A stretch of 39,941 nucleotides of DNA. Source: Reclinomonas americana ATCC 50394 (taxonomy: Eukaryota). Positions within the stretch are counted from its first letter, which is position 1. Every line of letters starts with the position of its first letter. Both the position numbers and the translations under genes were made by a program. Of this stretch, positions 11,401 through 22,173 are shown in pieces. The notes beneath the pieces were generated by a model, which was not told the DNA's origin, searched no databases, and saw only the letters and a program-made list of their open reading frames with translations. The stretch spans positions 1 to 39,941 of the forward strand of contig PS015321.1 in assembly GCA_048213135.1 (NCBI GenBank). Reading direction: 5' to 3'.

Positions 11401-12970
11401 ATTCTACCTCTCCTCGCTTGCCTCGCGTTTTCTCCTCTGTGATCCTGTTCTTGATTTCCTCCTGTGCCCTTCTCCCTATTCCTTTCCTCCTGTACCCCGT
11501 CTCGTCACTTCTCGTTCTCCTCTGGCTCACATCGCCACTTCCCTTCGCAAACACGGGCCAGGAGATCAGGAAGAGAAGTGACGGCACAGGAGGATATCAA
11601 GCATGGGAGGTGGAGAGAACAACTTGAAGCGTGGAGACGCATCGCCACCTCCGTGTACTCTCCTCTCACTTACATCTCCTTCATTATCGACTTATTCTTG
11701 CTGCAGTTGTTGTTGTTCTCCTCCTTCATCCACTTCTTCTCTTCTTTCTTGCTCTTGTTCTCCTCCGCTGCCCATCTCTTCTCTGCTCTTTTCTCTTCCT
11801 TGATCTTGATCAGTGTCTTCTTCTTGCTGTTGTTGCTCTTGCTCCACTCCTTCCCACGTCTTCTCTTCTTTCACCTACTCTTGTTCTCTCTTCTCCATTA
11901 TCGCTGATCTTTCTACATTATCTTCAACAACAACAACAACAAAAGCAGCAAGAAGAAGGTGTTGTTGTTGTTCTTCTCCTTCCTCCACTTCTTCTCTTCT
12001 TTCATGTTCTTCTCCTCTGCCCATCTCTTCTCTTCTTGCTGATCTTCTCTTCTCTACACTTCGCTGATCTTCTTCTTCTTCCTGTTGTTGCCGTTGTTCT
12101 ACTCCTTCCTCCACGTCTTCTCTTCTCATCTCTTCTCTATTCTCTTCCCTCCCCCTTCCCTCCCCCCTTCTTCCNNNNNNNNNNNNNNNNNNNNNNNNNN
12201 NNNNNNNNNNNNNNNNNNNNNNNNNNNNNNNNNNNNNNNNNNNNNNNNNNNNNNNNNNNNNNNNNNNNNNNNNNNNNNNNNNNNNNNNNNNNNNNNNNNN
12301 NNNNNNNNNNNNNNNNNNNNNNNNNNNNNNNNNNNNNNNNNNNNNNNNNNNNNNNNNNNNNNNNNNNNNNNNNNNNNNNNNNNNNNNNNNNNNNNNNNNN
12401 NNNNNNNNNNNNNNNNNNNNNNNNNNNNNNNNNNNNNNNNNNNNNNNNNNNNNNNNNNNNNNNNNNNNNNNNNNNNNNNNNNNNNNNNNNNNNNNNNNNN
12501 NNNNNNNNNNNNNNNNNNNNNNNNNNNNNNNNNNNNNNNNNNNNNNNNNNNNNNNNNNNNNNNNNNNNNNNNNNNNNNNNNNNNNNNNNNNNNNNNNNNN
12601 NNNNNNNNNNNNNNNNNNNNNNNNNNNNNNNNNNNNNNNNNNNNNNNNTCCCTTCCCCTTCCTCACGCAACTCGATTCGCAACCACATCTCCCTCGCCTG
12701 CAAATACGACTGAATCGCCGTATGAAAATGCGCCTGATTATGCGCACACAGCGCCACCTCCAACAGCGAAAGCACCTCAGCCGGCGCCGGTGGCGCAAAC
12801 AGCACCTCGCGAATCAAACACGGATGCCCCACCGTGCTCGCCAACTTCTCCGCCAACTGTCTCCGCCGCTCTGCTTTGTCCCGCTCGGCTTGCTCGGCCG
12901 CTGCCGCCGCGGCCTCGGCTTCCATGGCGGCGACCATTGTCGGGTCGCCAGTCACCACTGCCTCGCCCAT
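8463..12970 (-). CDS. Tetratricopeptide-repeat protein (kinesin-light-chain-like TPRs) with lysine-rich C-terminal tail; multi-exon, gapped
   Basis: Repeats DHPDRAIIYSSLGSVAF, YDEALEQFERARAVRTELLGPGHVDTALVMNNSGAAL and ELGPYHPRT; tail KKKKGKKGKKGKKGGKGKKKKKK followed by TAA. Exons at about 12970-12672, 11145-11018, 10472-10382, 9988-9832 and 8703-8463. Confidence 0.8.
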
Positions 12971-13167
12971 TGTTGAAATAAATAAACCGATCGGTGTGGG
13001 ACACGGAGGACAAGACTTTTCTTGTCTCTTATCTTTGCGTGCGGGCACACGTACAAAAAAATCGAATGTATGAAGGTGATGCAGTGCTGGGAGCCGTGTG
13101 TGGATGATATGCGTCGAATTATGGCTGCAGGACGTGATAAATGTTTTTTAGACAAGCCATGCGATAT

Positions 13168-13468
13168 TTCCCTTGCCGACGGCCATGGCGTAATTTGGTC
13201 CCGCAATTTTCTCCAAACAGTCTTCTTCCCTTTCAGGAGGCAAGCAAACGCGTGCTGGCTACGTGAATTCGAACAAAACACTTCGTTTCCCCTAATCATG
13301 CGCGCGCGCGACAAATGCCCACAAATCCCTTGCCGATAATGTCTTTTACCAACAACAAAACGCAATTACTCTCCTCCAACAGTCATCCTCCCTTTCAGTG
13401 GGCAAAGCCAATCAAATGTTTTGTGGGTGTTTATCGCATTTGGAATCTGGTGAATGAAGTGTTTGTTT
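13168..13468. repeat. Dispersed intergenic repeat, cluster B: minus copies at 13168-13245 (partial) and 13271-13412, plus half-copy at 13419-13468
   Basis: GCCCACAAATCCCTTGCCGATAATG and CTCCAACAGTCATCCTCCCTTTCAG..GGCAAAGCCAAT are reverse complements of parts of copy A. Confidence 0.85.
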
Positions 13469-13827
13469 CGTGTTGGAATAAAAATACTGAGTTTTCGGAG
13501 AGAACAATCAGGAGCCAGCTCATTGTCTCCAATCGTTTACCTTTTTTGTGCTCGTTCCTCGCCCACCCAAGCAGCCTTCCCTATTGTTCGAATTCACACC
13601 CGACGTCGTCGTTGATCGCGGAAGAAAAAATGCACGATTAGCAGCCCCACGCGCTTTCCGCTTGATGCACACTACTGCACATGCACGATACACGCACACG
13701 TACACTGAGATGGCGAGGAATGAGAGTGCACTGACCAGTCGACGTCGCGTGTTAGGGACATAGAACAGTGCCGCTCGCTCCGCGATCTGTCCACTTACAC
13801 AAAATCGCACCCTGCAAGGCGAGCTCA

Positions 13828-13838
13828 CCTTTCCCCCT
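13828..13838 (+). promoter_or_regulatory. Possible 5'TOP-like pyrimidine tract at the RPS6 transcription start
   Basis: CCTTTCCCCCT ends 8 nt before the RPS6 ATG. Pyrimidine starts are typical of ribosomal protein mRNAs; the TSS is not known. Confidence 0.3.
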
Positions 13839-13846
13839 GAACAAGC

Positions 13847-15283
13847 ATGAAGGTCGGTAGCAGATGTCGGGAAAGCAGAGTGGGAGAGAGCGCGAGTGTT
13901 TTTGAGCAGAGTGTCATGATACTTTTGTTGTTGTTGCTGTGTGATGCACACACCGTGTGCATGCACTGGTGCTGTGCTCTCGTGCGTGCGTCTCTTGTGT
14001 GTGTGAGTGCGTCTCGTGTGCGGTGGCGGAGAGGGAGAGAGTGCGTGTGTCTGTGGTACATGTGCCCATGGAGATGCAAATGCGCGACCACTCACGCGCC
14101 CCTCTTGCCCTCTGTTCCCCGCGCTCTCACTCGCATCTGCACGTGGAGGTAGTGCGCGTTTCTCGAGTGTGCCTGTGCGTTGTGTTTGTCAGTCGCAATA
14201 GAGAGTATGACTCTTTTTATGTGAGTCACACTCATCAGACCTCTCTCTCGCTCTCTCCCTTCCATCTCTTCTCCTGCACACATGACCATCATCACTCCTT
14301 ACAAACAGGGCGTACTTGAAAGAGAGTGTGTGTGTGTGAGAGAGAGTGAGAGAGAGAGAGTAGGCGGCCATGTCTTTCGCCTCCCCGCAGTGACTGACTG
14401 TGCCCGTCGTTCTGCGAAACAGTTGAACATTGCGGACCCCGTGTCGGGGGGTCAGAAGACCTTTGAGTTCGAAGACGAGCGTCGCTTGTTGAGTCGTGCC
14501 CTTGTGCTGCTGCTGCTGGTTGTTGATGTGCATGGCACTCACACGCACGCTCGCACGCACACACACACACACAGGCTGTGCTTCATGGACAAGCGCATCT
14601 CGCAGGAGGTGGCCATGGACGACTGCGGTGAGGAGTTCGCCGGCTACATTGTCAAGATCACTGGCGGTCACGACAAGCAGGGTTTCCCGATGTACCAGGG
14701 CGTGTTGCTGCCGTCGCGTGTGCAGCTGCTGCTCCCCGGACGTTGAGTCTTTGTGTTGTCGCCGCCACCACCACTTGCCAGCTGTGCCAAATCGCTGATG
14801 TGTGTCTGTGTGCAGGGAGCTACTGCTTGACCCGCGGTCGCTCGGGCGAGCGCCAGCGCAAGTCTGTGCGTGGTTGCATTGTGGATCACGACATTAGCGT
14901 CATCAACTGCATCATTGTGAAGCGCGGCGCCAACCCGATTGCCGGTGTGACTGACAAGAACGTGCCGGCTCGCCTCGGCCCCAAGCGTGCGAGCAAGATC
15001 CGCCGCATGTTCGACCTCGACGAGAAGGACGATGTGCGCAACTTTGTCGTGCGCCGTGTCATCAAGCGCGAGGGCAAGAAGGACTACTCCAAGGCACCCA
15101 AGATTCAGCGACTCATCACCCCGATCCGCCTGCAGCGCAAGCGCACTCAGGTTCGTCCCCCGTCCACGTTGCTGGGAGTGCTGCGACTGGGGAAACTCAC
15201 TACTGCTGTTCTCGCGCTCCACAGCTCAAGCTGAAGCAGGCTGCCCGCGAGAAGACCGCCAAGCAACGCAGTGCTTACCTGGA
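13847..15283 (+). CDS. RPS6: 40S ribosomal protein S6 (eS6); exons 13847-13852, 14423-14487, 14575-14741, 14816-15150, 15225-gap
   Basis: [23 protein letters not shown]...[15 protein letters not shown]...RKSVRGCIV...[11 protein letters not shown]...[11 protein letters not shown]; the 3' end is lost in a gap. Confidence 0.97.
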
Positions 15284-15351
15284 NNNNNNNNNNNNNNNNN
15301 NNNNNNNNNNNNNNNNNNNNNNNNNNNNNNNNNNNNNNNNNNNNNNNNNNN

Positions 15352-15496
<145 letters not shown>

Positions 15497-15531
15497 TCCA
15501 TCGCTCTCACTCACACTCTTCTCCTCTACAG

Positions 15532-15954
15532 TCTCCCCCGCGGCCACCACCCATTGTCACAGTGCCCGAGTCGCCTCCTCCACGTCCTCCATCGCCTCCG
15601 CGCCCTCCATCACCTCCACCGCTGTTGACTGTGCGGCTGTTCTTCCGCTCAGGCGCGACAGTGTCCGCGTGGCACGTGAGCTCCGCATGCACACATGAGG
15701 AGGTGGTGCGAGGGGCGCTGCAGGAGGCGGCCTCGTCGGGACGGAAACCGCGTGGCAAGAGCGCGTCTTCTCCGTCTTCGTCTTCGTCTTCGTCGTCGCC
15801 AGTGTCTGTGTCGCGTATTCGGCACACCAAGGTGGTGTGGTTGGAGGAGGAGTTGGTGATGCCGACGTTCAAGACGCTGGGCGAGTTCTTCTTGGAGAGG
15901 AGTGAGGCGGGGAAGGAGATGGAGGGGGTGCCGACGTTGTTTATTGATTCGTGA
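15532..15954 (+). CDS. Terminal exon of an unknown protein (proline-rich segment followed by a possible beta-grasp-like domain)
   Basis: Acceptor CTCTACAG after a CT tract; open frame SPPRPPP...LTVRLFFRSG...PTLFIDS ending in TGA. Upstream exons not seen. Confidence 0.5.
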   Translation, partial: SPPRPPPIVTVPESPPPRPPSPPRPPSPPPLLTVRLFFRSGATVSAWHVSSACTHEEVVRGALQEAASSGRKPRGKSASSPSSSSSSSSPVSVSRIRHTKVVWLEEELVMPTFKTLGEFFLERSEAGKEMEGVPTLFIDS

Positions 15955-16663
15955 GTGTATTTGTAGATGCGGGGAAGTGAGGGAGAGAAGTCTTAGAGGT
16001 TTCACGGCGAGGGAAGTGGCTCGCTTTGCAGTGGCTGTTGCGTGATTGCTGTCAGAGGAGATCGGCGATCTTCTCTGGCAGCTGGTCTCATGTTACAGGA
16101 AGCCAGTTCATGAGCTTGCAGTCTCATTTCTTGAGGGAGATGGCTCACATTGCAGTGGCTGTTGCCTGTTTATTTGCATTGTTGCACGTCAGAGGAGACC
16201 GGTGATCTTCTCTGGCAGCTGATCCTGATACGGAGTGGTGGGTCACAGAGAAGTCATACCTTTTGCAGACTGTTGCTTTGCTTGCGTGGCAGTCTTCGTG
16301 CCGGAAGAAGTCGCTGACTTTTTTCATGAGCAGCGACGGAAGAAGATCGGAAGTCACAACTTAAGGTTGCTTGCTGGCCGGTTCGGTGATTGATAGCATG
16401 AGAACTGGTCGTTCCATTCATGTTGTTGCATGTGCTGATCATGACTTGCTTCTTTGAATACTTGGAATTGGATCATTCCCATCTTCATGAAAATGAGTGC
16501 ACGCTCACTTCACACGCGCTCTTCCTGGCCTCTCAACCATAGCAACTCTTGTTTGTGGAAGTCAAGAGCACGTTTCCAGTGCCTTCGACTTATCTGGAGG
16601 CACAAGCAGAAGCTTGTATTCGTCTGATTCCAAAAAAAGAAAGGTAAACCCATCAACACACTC

Positions 16664-17884
16664 TCATCCCTCGTACTCAAATGCCGAGCCACCAAAGAAC
16701 TCGCGAATAATGGATATGCGTGGGATCGACTGCAGCGCATCCTGCGAAATGGGCTCGAACAGACTGGTGATGGACAACAGGCGCTCCTTCTCCTCGATGA
16801 GGTCCTCGGGCGCGTCAAACTGCACAGATCTCGGTGAGCAGGCAAAATAGGAAAGCGCACTAAACAACACACCTGCTCCAGCATCGGTCGCACAATGGTT
16901 GAGAGCGCGGCCACCTCGTACAGCAGCGATGTGTCGAGGAACATGTCGGCGCTCTCCGAGTGCGGGAAGACGTAGCGCTCCTCGCCGTCGCGCACAGCAG
17001 GCCACTGTTTGACGCAAATATGTAGAAGAGTGAGTGGGAGGCATGTGTTGGTGAAACTGCTGTCTTGGTCACTCACCGTTCGCAGCACGTCGAGTGGCGG
17101 GTAGCCGCGGGCATGGGTGTCGCGGGCCAGTCGTCGCAGCAGACGGTTGTCGGAGGTCGAGATGTGGAAGGTGTTGTCGACGTTGAGCACGGTGGGTGCC
17201 GAGATGAAGACGCGCATGACTCGATCGGCGCCGCCAATCATGGCTGTGCAGAAGGGAAAGGTCGGCGACTTGCTGGTGGAGGGAAAGCATCTCTCTCTCT
17301 CTCTCTCTCTCGTGCTTTGTGTATGCGCGTGCGTGTGTCATTCACTCACAAGTCAGCGCCGGATTGAGGCCGTGAATACCCTCGATGATGATCACAGTCT
17401 TGGAGTCGGCCGGCAGGAACCAGGGATCTGCGGTGGCGCCCATGTCAATTAGCACGATCAAGGGAGAGCAAAGAGGCGTGACCACGAACCCACAGTGTCG
17501 TCGTGCCCGGCGTGCTCATGGAAGCTGTAGATGCGCCGTGGCACTTTCTGTATTACATGATGAGCGAGACACAGCCTGCAGACGCATCGGAGAAGGAGAT
17601 GAGACTCACCTCGCCAGCGAGCAAGCGATGCAGACGGTCGGCCAACATGTCGACATTGAGACTCTCCAGGCACTCGTGGTCAGGTTCGCCCTTGTCGTTC
17701 AGTGGCACCTGCGATGAGGATCAGTAAGAAGCGCGTTCTGACTGCTTTAATGTGCTCTCTTTGCAGTCAGTCTCGTGTAACAAGGTGCTGTCAATATGTG
17801 TCAGTGGCGGGGAGTTGTTCAACCTCACGCTCACGGACTGGAACGCAAGATGCTCGTATCCAACGACTCCCACACATCTCTCGT

Positions 17885-17924
<40 letters not shown>

Positions 17925-20689
17925 GCTTTCTCTCTCACTCACTTTCTCACCCTTGTTCACTTTCTCTCTTCCTCGCTCTCTATAGTATCTGCTGACTCTT
18001 CCATTGTCTTGGCCTTCTCCCTCTCTCCCTCTCTCACTCTCCCACCTGCGTGCTCCCTCCCGTGCTCCCCCCCTTTCTCGCCCTCCTCACACACCTCATG
18101 CTGGTCACGGTAGAACGAATCCATGCCCATCTGCAGCACCTTGATGCCGAGAATGCGCAAGTGCACGGCAATGCGCTTGGCCGAGGTGGTCTTGCCGGCG
18201 GACGAGGCACCGGCGAGGCACACGATGCGCTTCTCGGGGTACGAAGCGGCCTGCGGCGATAACGGCAATGTCAGCTGCCTGTCTCACCTCACCCCGCTAC
18301 GCACGAAACACGCAACGATAGCGTCGGCAATGCGCGCAAAGCGGCGCTCGTGGTACGCCTCGTCGACTTGAATGACCTGCTTGATCGAGTTGTCGCGCAC
18401 CTTGCGGTTGATGGCCTCGATGCTGCCGCACTCCATCTCGTTTGCCCAGCGCAGGTCCTCGCGGAGCACCGCAAAGAGACGAGGGCCTGGCAGGTGCGAG
18501 AGACACACACACTGTCAAAAAAATGGAAGGAATAGGCGTGGGGGGAATGTACCGCAACGATCAATGCGCTCCTCGGCCAGCATGTCGCCGGCGAACTCGG
18601 GACGACGGTGGTGCCAGGCGGCGGCGAAGCGGAGGAGGATGCCGCCTTCGTAGGCCTCCACCAGGTGGGAGCGCTTGAGGAGGGCGCAGTCGAGGCTCAT
18701 CGGGCGCAATCGGTAGTCCATGTGCCCGTCGCAGCTGCAGAAGGGAGAGAGGGAGGTGAGAAAGCGGGGGGCTTGGGGGAAGATGAGATAGAGGGACGCA
18801 CCGAATAATGGGCACCGGCTCGTGGGGCACGTACTGGAGAATCGCCAGCTTGTCGGGGGCGTCGATGAAGCGGAAGTAGGATTCGAGTTCGGCGCGGGGG
18901 ACCTCGGCGAAGGAGAATGATTGGCCTGTGTGGGGGAGGGGACGGAGGGGAAAGGGAGAAGGACGGATGAAAAGGAGGAGGGAGGAAACGACACAACCAC
19001 GGTCGCTGCACATCAGATGACACTGTGCAAGAGATCTAAGAACAAGGGCAGAAAACCTGCATGAGAGCGAGAAAGAGAGAAACAGATCGCAATAAGGAGA
19101 GGAGGAGACAACCAAGAGCGCTGAACATCACTGAGCGCGTGGCACTGAAGTAGCAACGGATGCAATGAAAACGGGCAAAGCAACTGGCATGAGAGGAGAA
19201 GACGACCACAATCGCAGAAGATCACTGAGCGCGTGGCACAAAGTAGCAAGGGATGCAAAGAAAAAGAGGGACTTGGCTCTGACGGCAAAAGGCACACGCT
19301 GTGCGTGCGCACAGGAGTGAGAATGAAAGAAGGGAAGGGAAGGGAGAGAAAGGAGGAGAGAAGGGGAAGAACTCTCACCACGATGCGCTGCGTTTCTCAA
19401 ATGAGAGCGAGAGAGACACAGGAGAAGGAGAACACAACCACAGGTCGCAAGAGTGAGAGGAGAAACCACAGTCGCAGAAGATCACTGAGTGCAAGACACT
19501 GAAGCAGCAAAGGACGCAATGAAGCGGGCAAAACAACTGGCATGAAAGAGAACGAGAGACGCAGATCGCAGGAGTGCGAGGAGGAGATAAACACAGTCGC
19601 AGAAGATCACTGAGCGCGTGGCACTGAAGCAGCAAAGGACGCAATGAAACGGGCAAAGCAACTGGCATNNNNNNNNNNNNNNNNNNNNNNNNNNNNNNNN
19701 NNNNNNNNNNNNNNNNNNNNNNNNNNNNNNNNNNNNNNNNNNNNNNNNNNNNNNNNNNNNNNNNNNNNNNNNNNNNNNNNNNNNNNNNNNNNNNNNNNNN
19801 NNNNNNNNNNNNNNNNNNNNNNNNNNNNNNNNNNNNNNNNNNNNNNNNNNNNNNNNNNNNNNNNNNNNNNNNNNNNNNNNNNNNNNNNNNNNNNNNNNNN
19901 NNNNNNNNNNNNNNNNNNNNNNNNNNNNNNNNNNNNNNNNNNNNNNNNNNNNNNNNNNNNNNNNNNNNNNNNNNNNNNNNNNNNNNNNNNNNNNNNNNNN
20001 NNNNNNNNNNNNNNNNNNNNNNNNNNNNNNNNNNNNNNNNNNNNNNNNNNNNNNNNNNNNNNNNNNNNNNNNNNGCAAAGGATGCAATGAAAAAAGGACA
20101 AAACAACTGGCATGAGAGGGAGAGAGAGAAACAGATCGCAGGAGTGCGAGGAGGAGACAAACACGGTCGCTGAAGCACAAGGATGCAATGAAAACGCGCA
20201 GAACAACTTGTATGCGAGGGAGAGAGACAGCGTGCACGTCTCTCAAATCGCCTGCAGCCCGTATGTGCACCACGAACCTTCAATCCACCGCTCGACTGCC
20301 CCAGCACACCAACAACTGAGCACCCTACACAACAACAACACCACCAAATCGACACCAAAACAACAGCAAAACCTTGCGCCGCCACTCGCTTCACCGTCTC
20401 CGCCGAGATGGCCTGCTCCGGCGCATGCGCATCTCGATAGAACCAGCCCACGCCCGCAGAAAATTCACTCTTCAGTGTTCCATGAGGCGTCGCTGTGGAA
20501 AGAAAACAAGAAAGAGAGAGATCGGTCGCTGAAATGCAATGCAGGAAAGATGCGATATATCAGTCATGACAACTACATGCTCTCTCACACACACTCTCTC
20601 TCACACACACTCTCGCACACTCTCCATTCACTGGATTCTCTTCTTCGTCTTCTTCTTCTTCTCCTTCATCTTGTTCTTCTTCTTCTTCT

Positions 20690-20740
<51 letters not shown>

Positions 20741-20903
20741 GTCTGTCTGTCTGTCTCTGTTTACCTTCTGTGTGCACCTCAGTGTCGCCACCAATGGTGA
20801 CTGCGCGATAGGCGGCGCACAGCAGGAAGCTGAGAGTGGCCTTGGCCTTGGCGAGTGCCACTGTGCGCTGCCAGCGCTCTTCAGAGGGGGCCAGAGTGGA
20901 CAT
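16664..20903 (-). CDS. Bacterial-type uridine/nucleoside kinase with N-terminal threonyl-tRNA-synthetase-related region (about 12 exons)
   Basis: P-loop RIVCLAGASSAGKTTSAKR; MDSFYRDQ; IIEGIHGLNP; DNRLLRRLARD..RGY; WPAVRDGEERYVFP; SIIREFFGGS; N-terminal LSFLLCAAYRAV...FSAGVGWFY. Confidence 0.88.
18990..20220. repeat. Intronic degenerate minisatellite (unit of roughly 120 bp)
   Basis: Recurrent GCAGAAGATCACTGAGCGCGTGGCAC and GCAATGAA..CGGGCAAAGCAACTGGCAT. Confidence 0.8.
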
Positions 20904-21045
20904 GTTCTTTTCTGCTCTTTTGCTTGCTCTTCTCTCTTGATTCGTCGTTGTGGTGATCATGACGACAAGTGATGCAATTTCGCAAATCGAACATGAGAGT
21001 TTCATGCACTCTTTACAGGCACAGCAGCCAGAACACACAGCATCA

Positions 21046-21304
21046 CAGCTGCTCGACGATCACTCTCTCTTGTGTGAGCGCCGGTAATGGAGAAGCAGGG
21101 ACACAGCACGAGAATCAATCAAAAAAGTCAAATACTGGTGTTTCTGCAAGAATTCGAAACCCCACGGTTTTTGCAGTCTTTACGCAGGAACAGCACCGAG
21201 ATCACATAGTAGGATAGCTGCCCGACGATCACCCTCTTGGTTGGACGCCGGGAACGGAGAAGCAGGGACACAGAATGAGAGTCAATCAAAAAAATCAAAT
21301 ATTT
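21046..21304. repeat. Pair of ~90 bp imperfect direct repeats (about 21046-21136 and 21215-21304)
   Basis: Both copies contain CGACGATCAC...GGAGAAGCAGGGACACAG...TCAATCAAAAAA.TCAAATA. Confidence 0.75.
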
Positions 21305-21498
21305 GAAGTCGCGAAAATCCGAATTCATGCGCATCTCTTTCTCTCTCCCCCCTTCCAAGAACGCGACTGCAGGCTGCTGCAGCTGCTCTGACGCGACTGC
21401 TACCTTAGCCCACTGGATCTGGCTGCAACAAAAAAAATTGCAACTGCAGGGTGCAAAAAAAGGCCTCCTGAATTTCTTCGCCGGCCGAATAAAAGGTG

Positions 21499-21571
21499 TG
21501 GACGACACCGGAATTGAACCGGTGACCTCATGCATGCTAAGCAGGCGCTCTACCAACTGAGCTAGCCGCCC
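21499..21571 (-). tRNA. tRNA-Ala, anticodon AGC
   Basis: GGGCGGCTAGCTCAGTTGGTAGAGCGCCTGCTTAGCATGCATGAGGTCACCGGTTCAATTCCGGTGTCGTCCA folds into a cloverleaf with the G3:U70 alanine identity pair; a TTTT Pol III terminator follows. Confidence 0.96.
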
Positions 21572-22007
21572 GTCACATCGTCACCAGCGTACACCAAATC
21601 GTTCGGGCTCGAAGCTGCGGGAGAGGCCAGATCCGGACCCCTATAAAATGGCACAGTGACTTTCTGGAATGGAGTCGGTAATTATCATGAAGCACGTCCT
21701 TGCTGTTGCGGGTCGATCTGCACAGATGCAGAGATGCGGCCACGCGCTGCATGCGTTTTCTTCTTTTTCCCTCCGTGGCCAGCTGCAAAGCTCAGCAATT
21801 GCAAGGCCGTCGATTTTTTCCAGAAGTACGCGTTTTCGCAGTTGTGTTGCACAATCCTCCAATGCAACAGCTGCATCAGCTGCAATCTATTTTTGCACCA
21901 TGTCCTGCTTATTTGTCCCCACTCGTCACTCACTCACATCGATAAAAGCGCCGCACGCGCACTGAGAGAGAGAGAGAAAGTCTTCTGTAACTCACTCACA
22001 AGACAAT

Positions 22008-22109
22008 ATGAAGTCACGCCTGGACGACGCGCGACGAGTTGCGTCACAGTTGAATGTGATCAACTGACACACAAGCGACACGAGAGAGAGAGAGAGGAGA
22101 AGGGAGGAG

Positions 22110-22173
<64 letters not shown>

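Noticed and set aside
14370-14393. ATG just upstream of RPS6 exon 2 as the start codon
   Set aside because: It hits TGA after seven codons; ATG AAG|GT at 13847 gives the conserved MK-LN start.
18515-18560. A twelfth GTTGCG donor in the kinase gene (ATC|GTTGCGG)
   Set aside because: An in-phase alternative, GCG|GTACAT, lies six bases downstream, so I left it out of the count.
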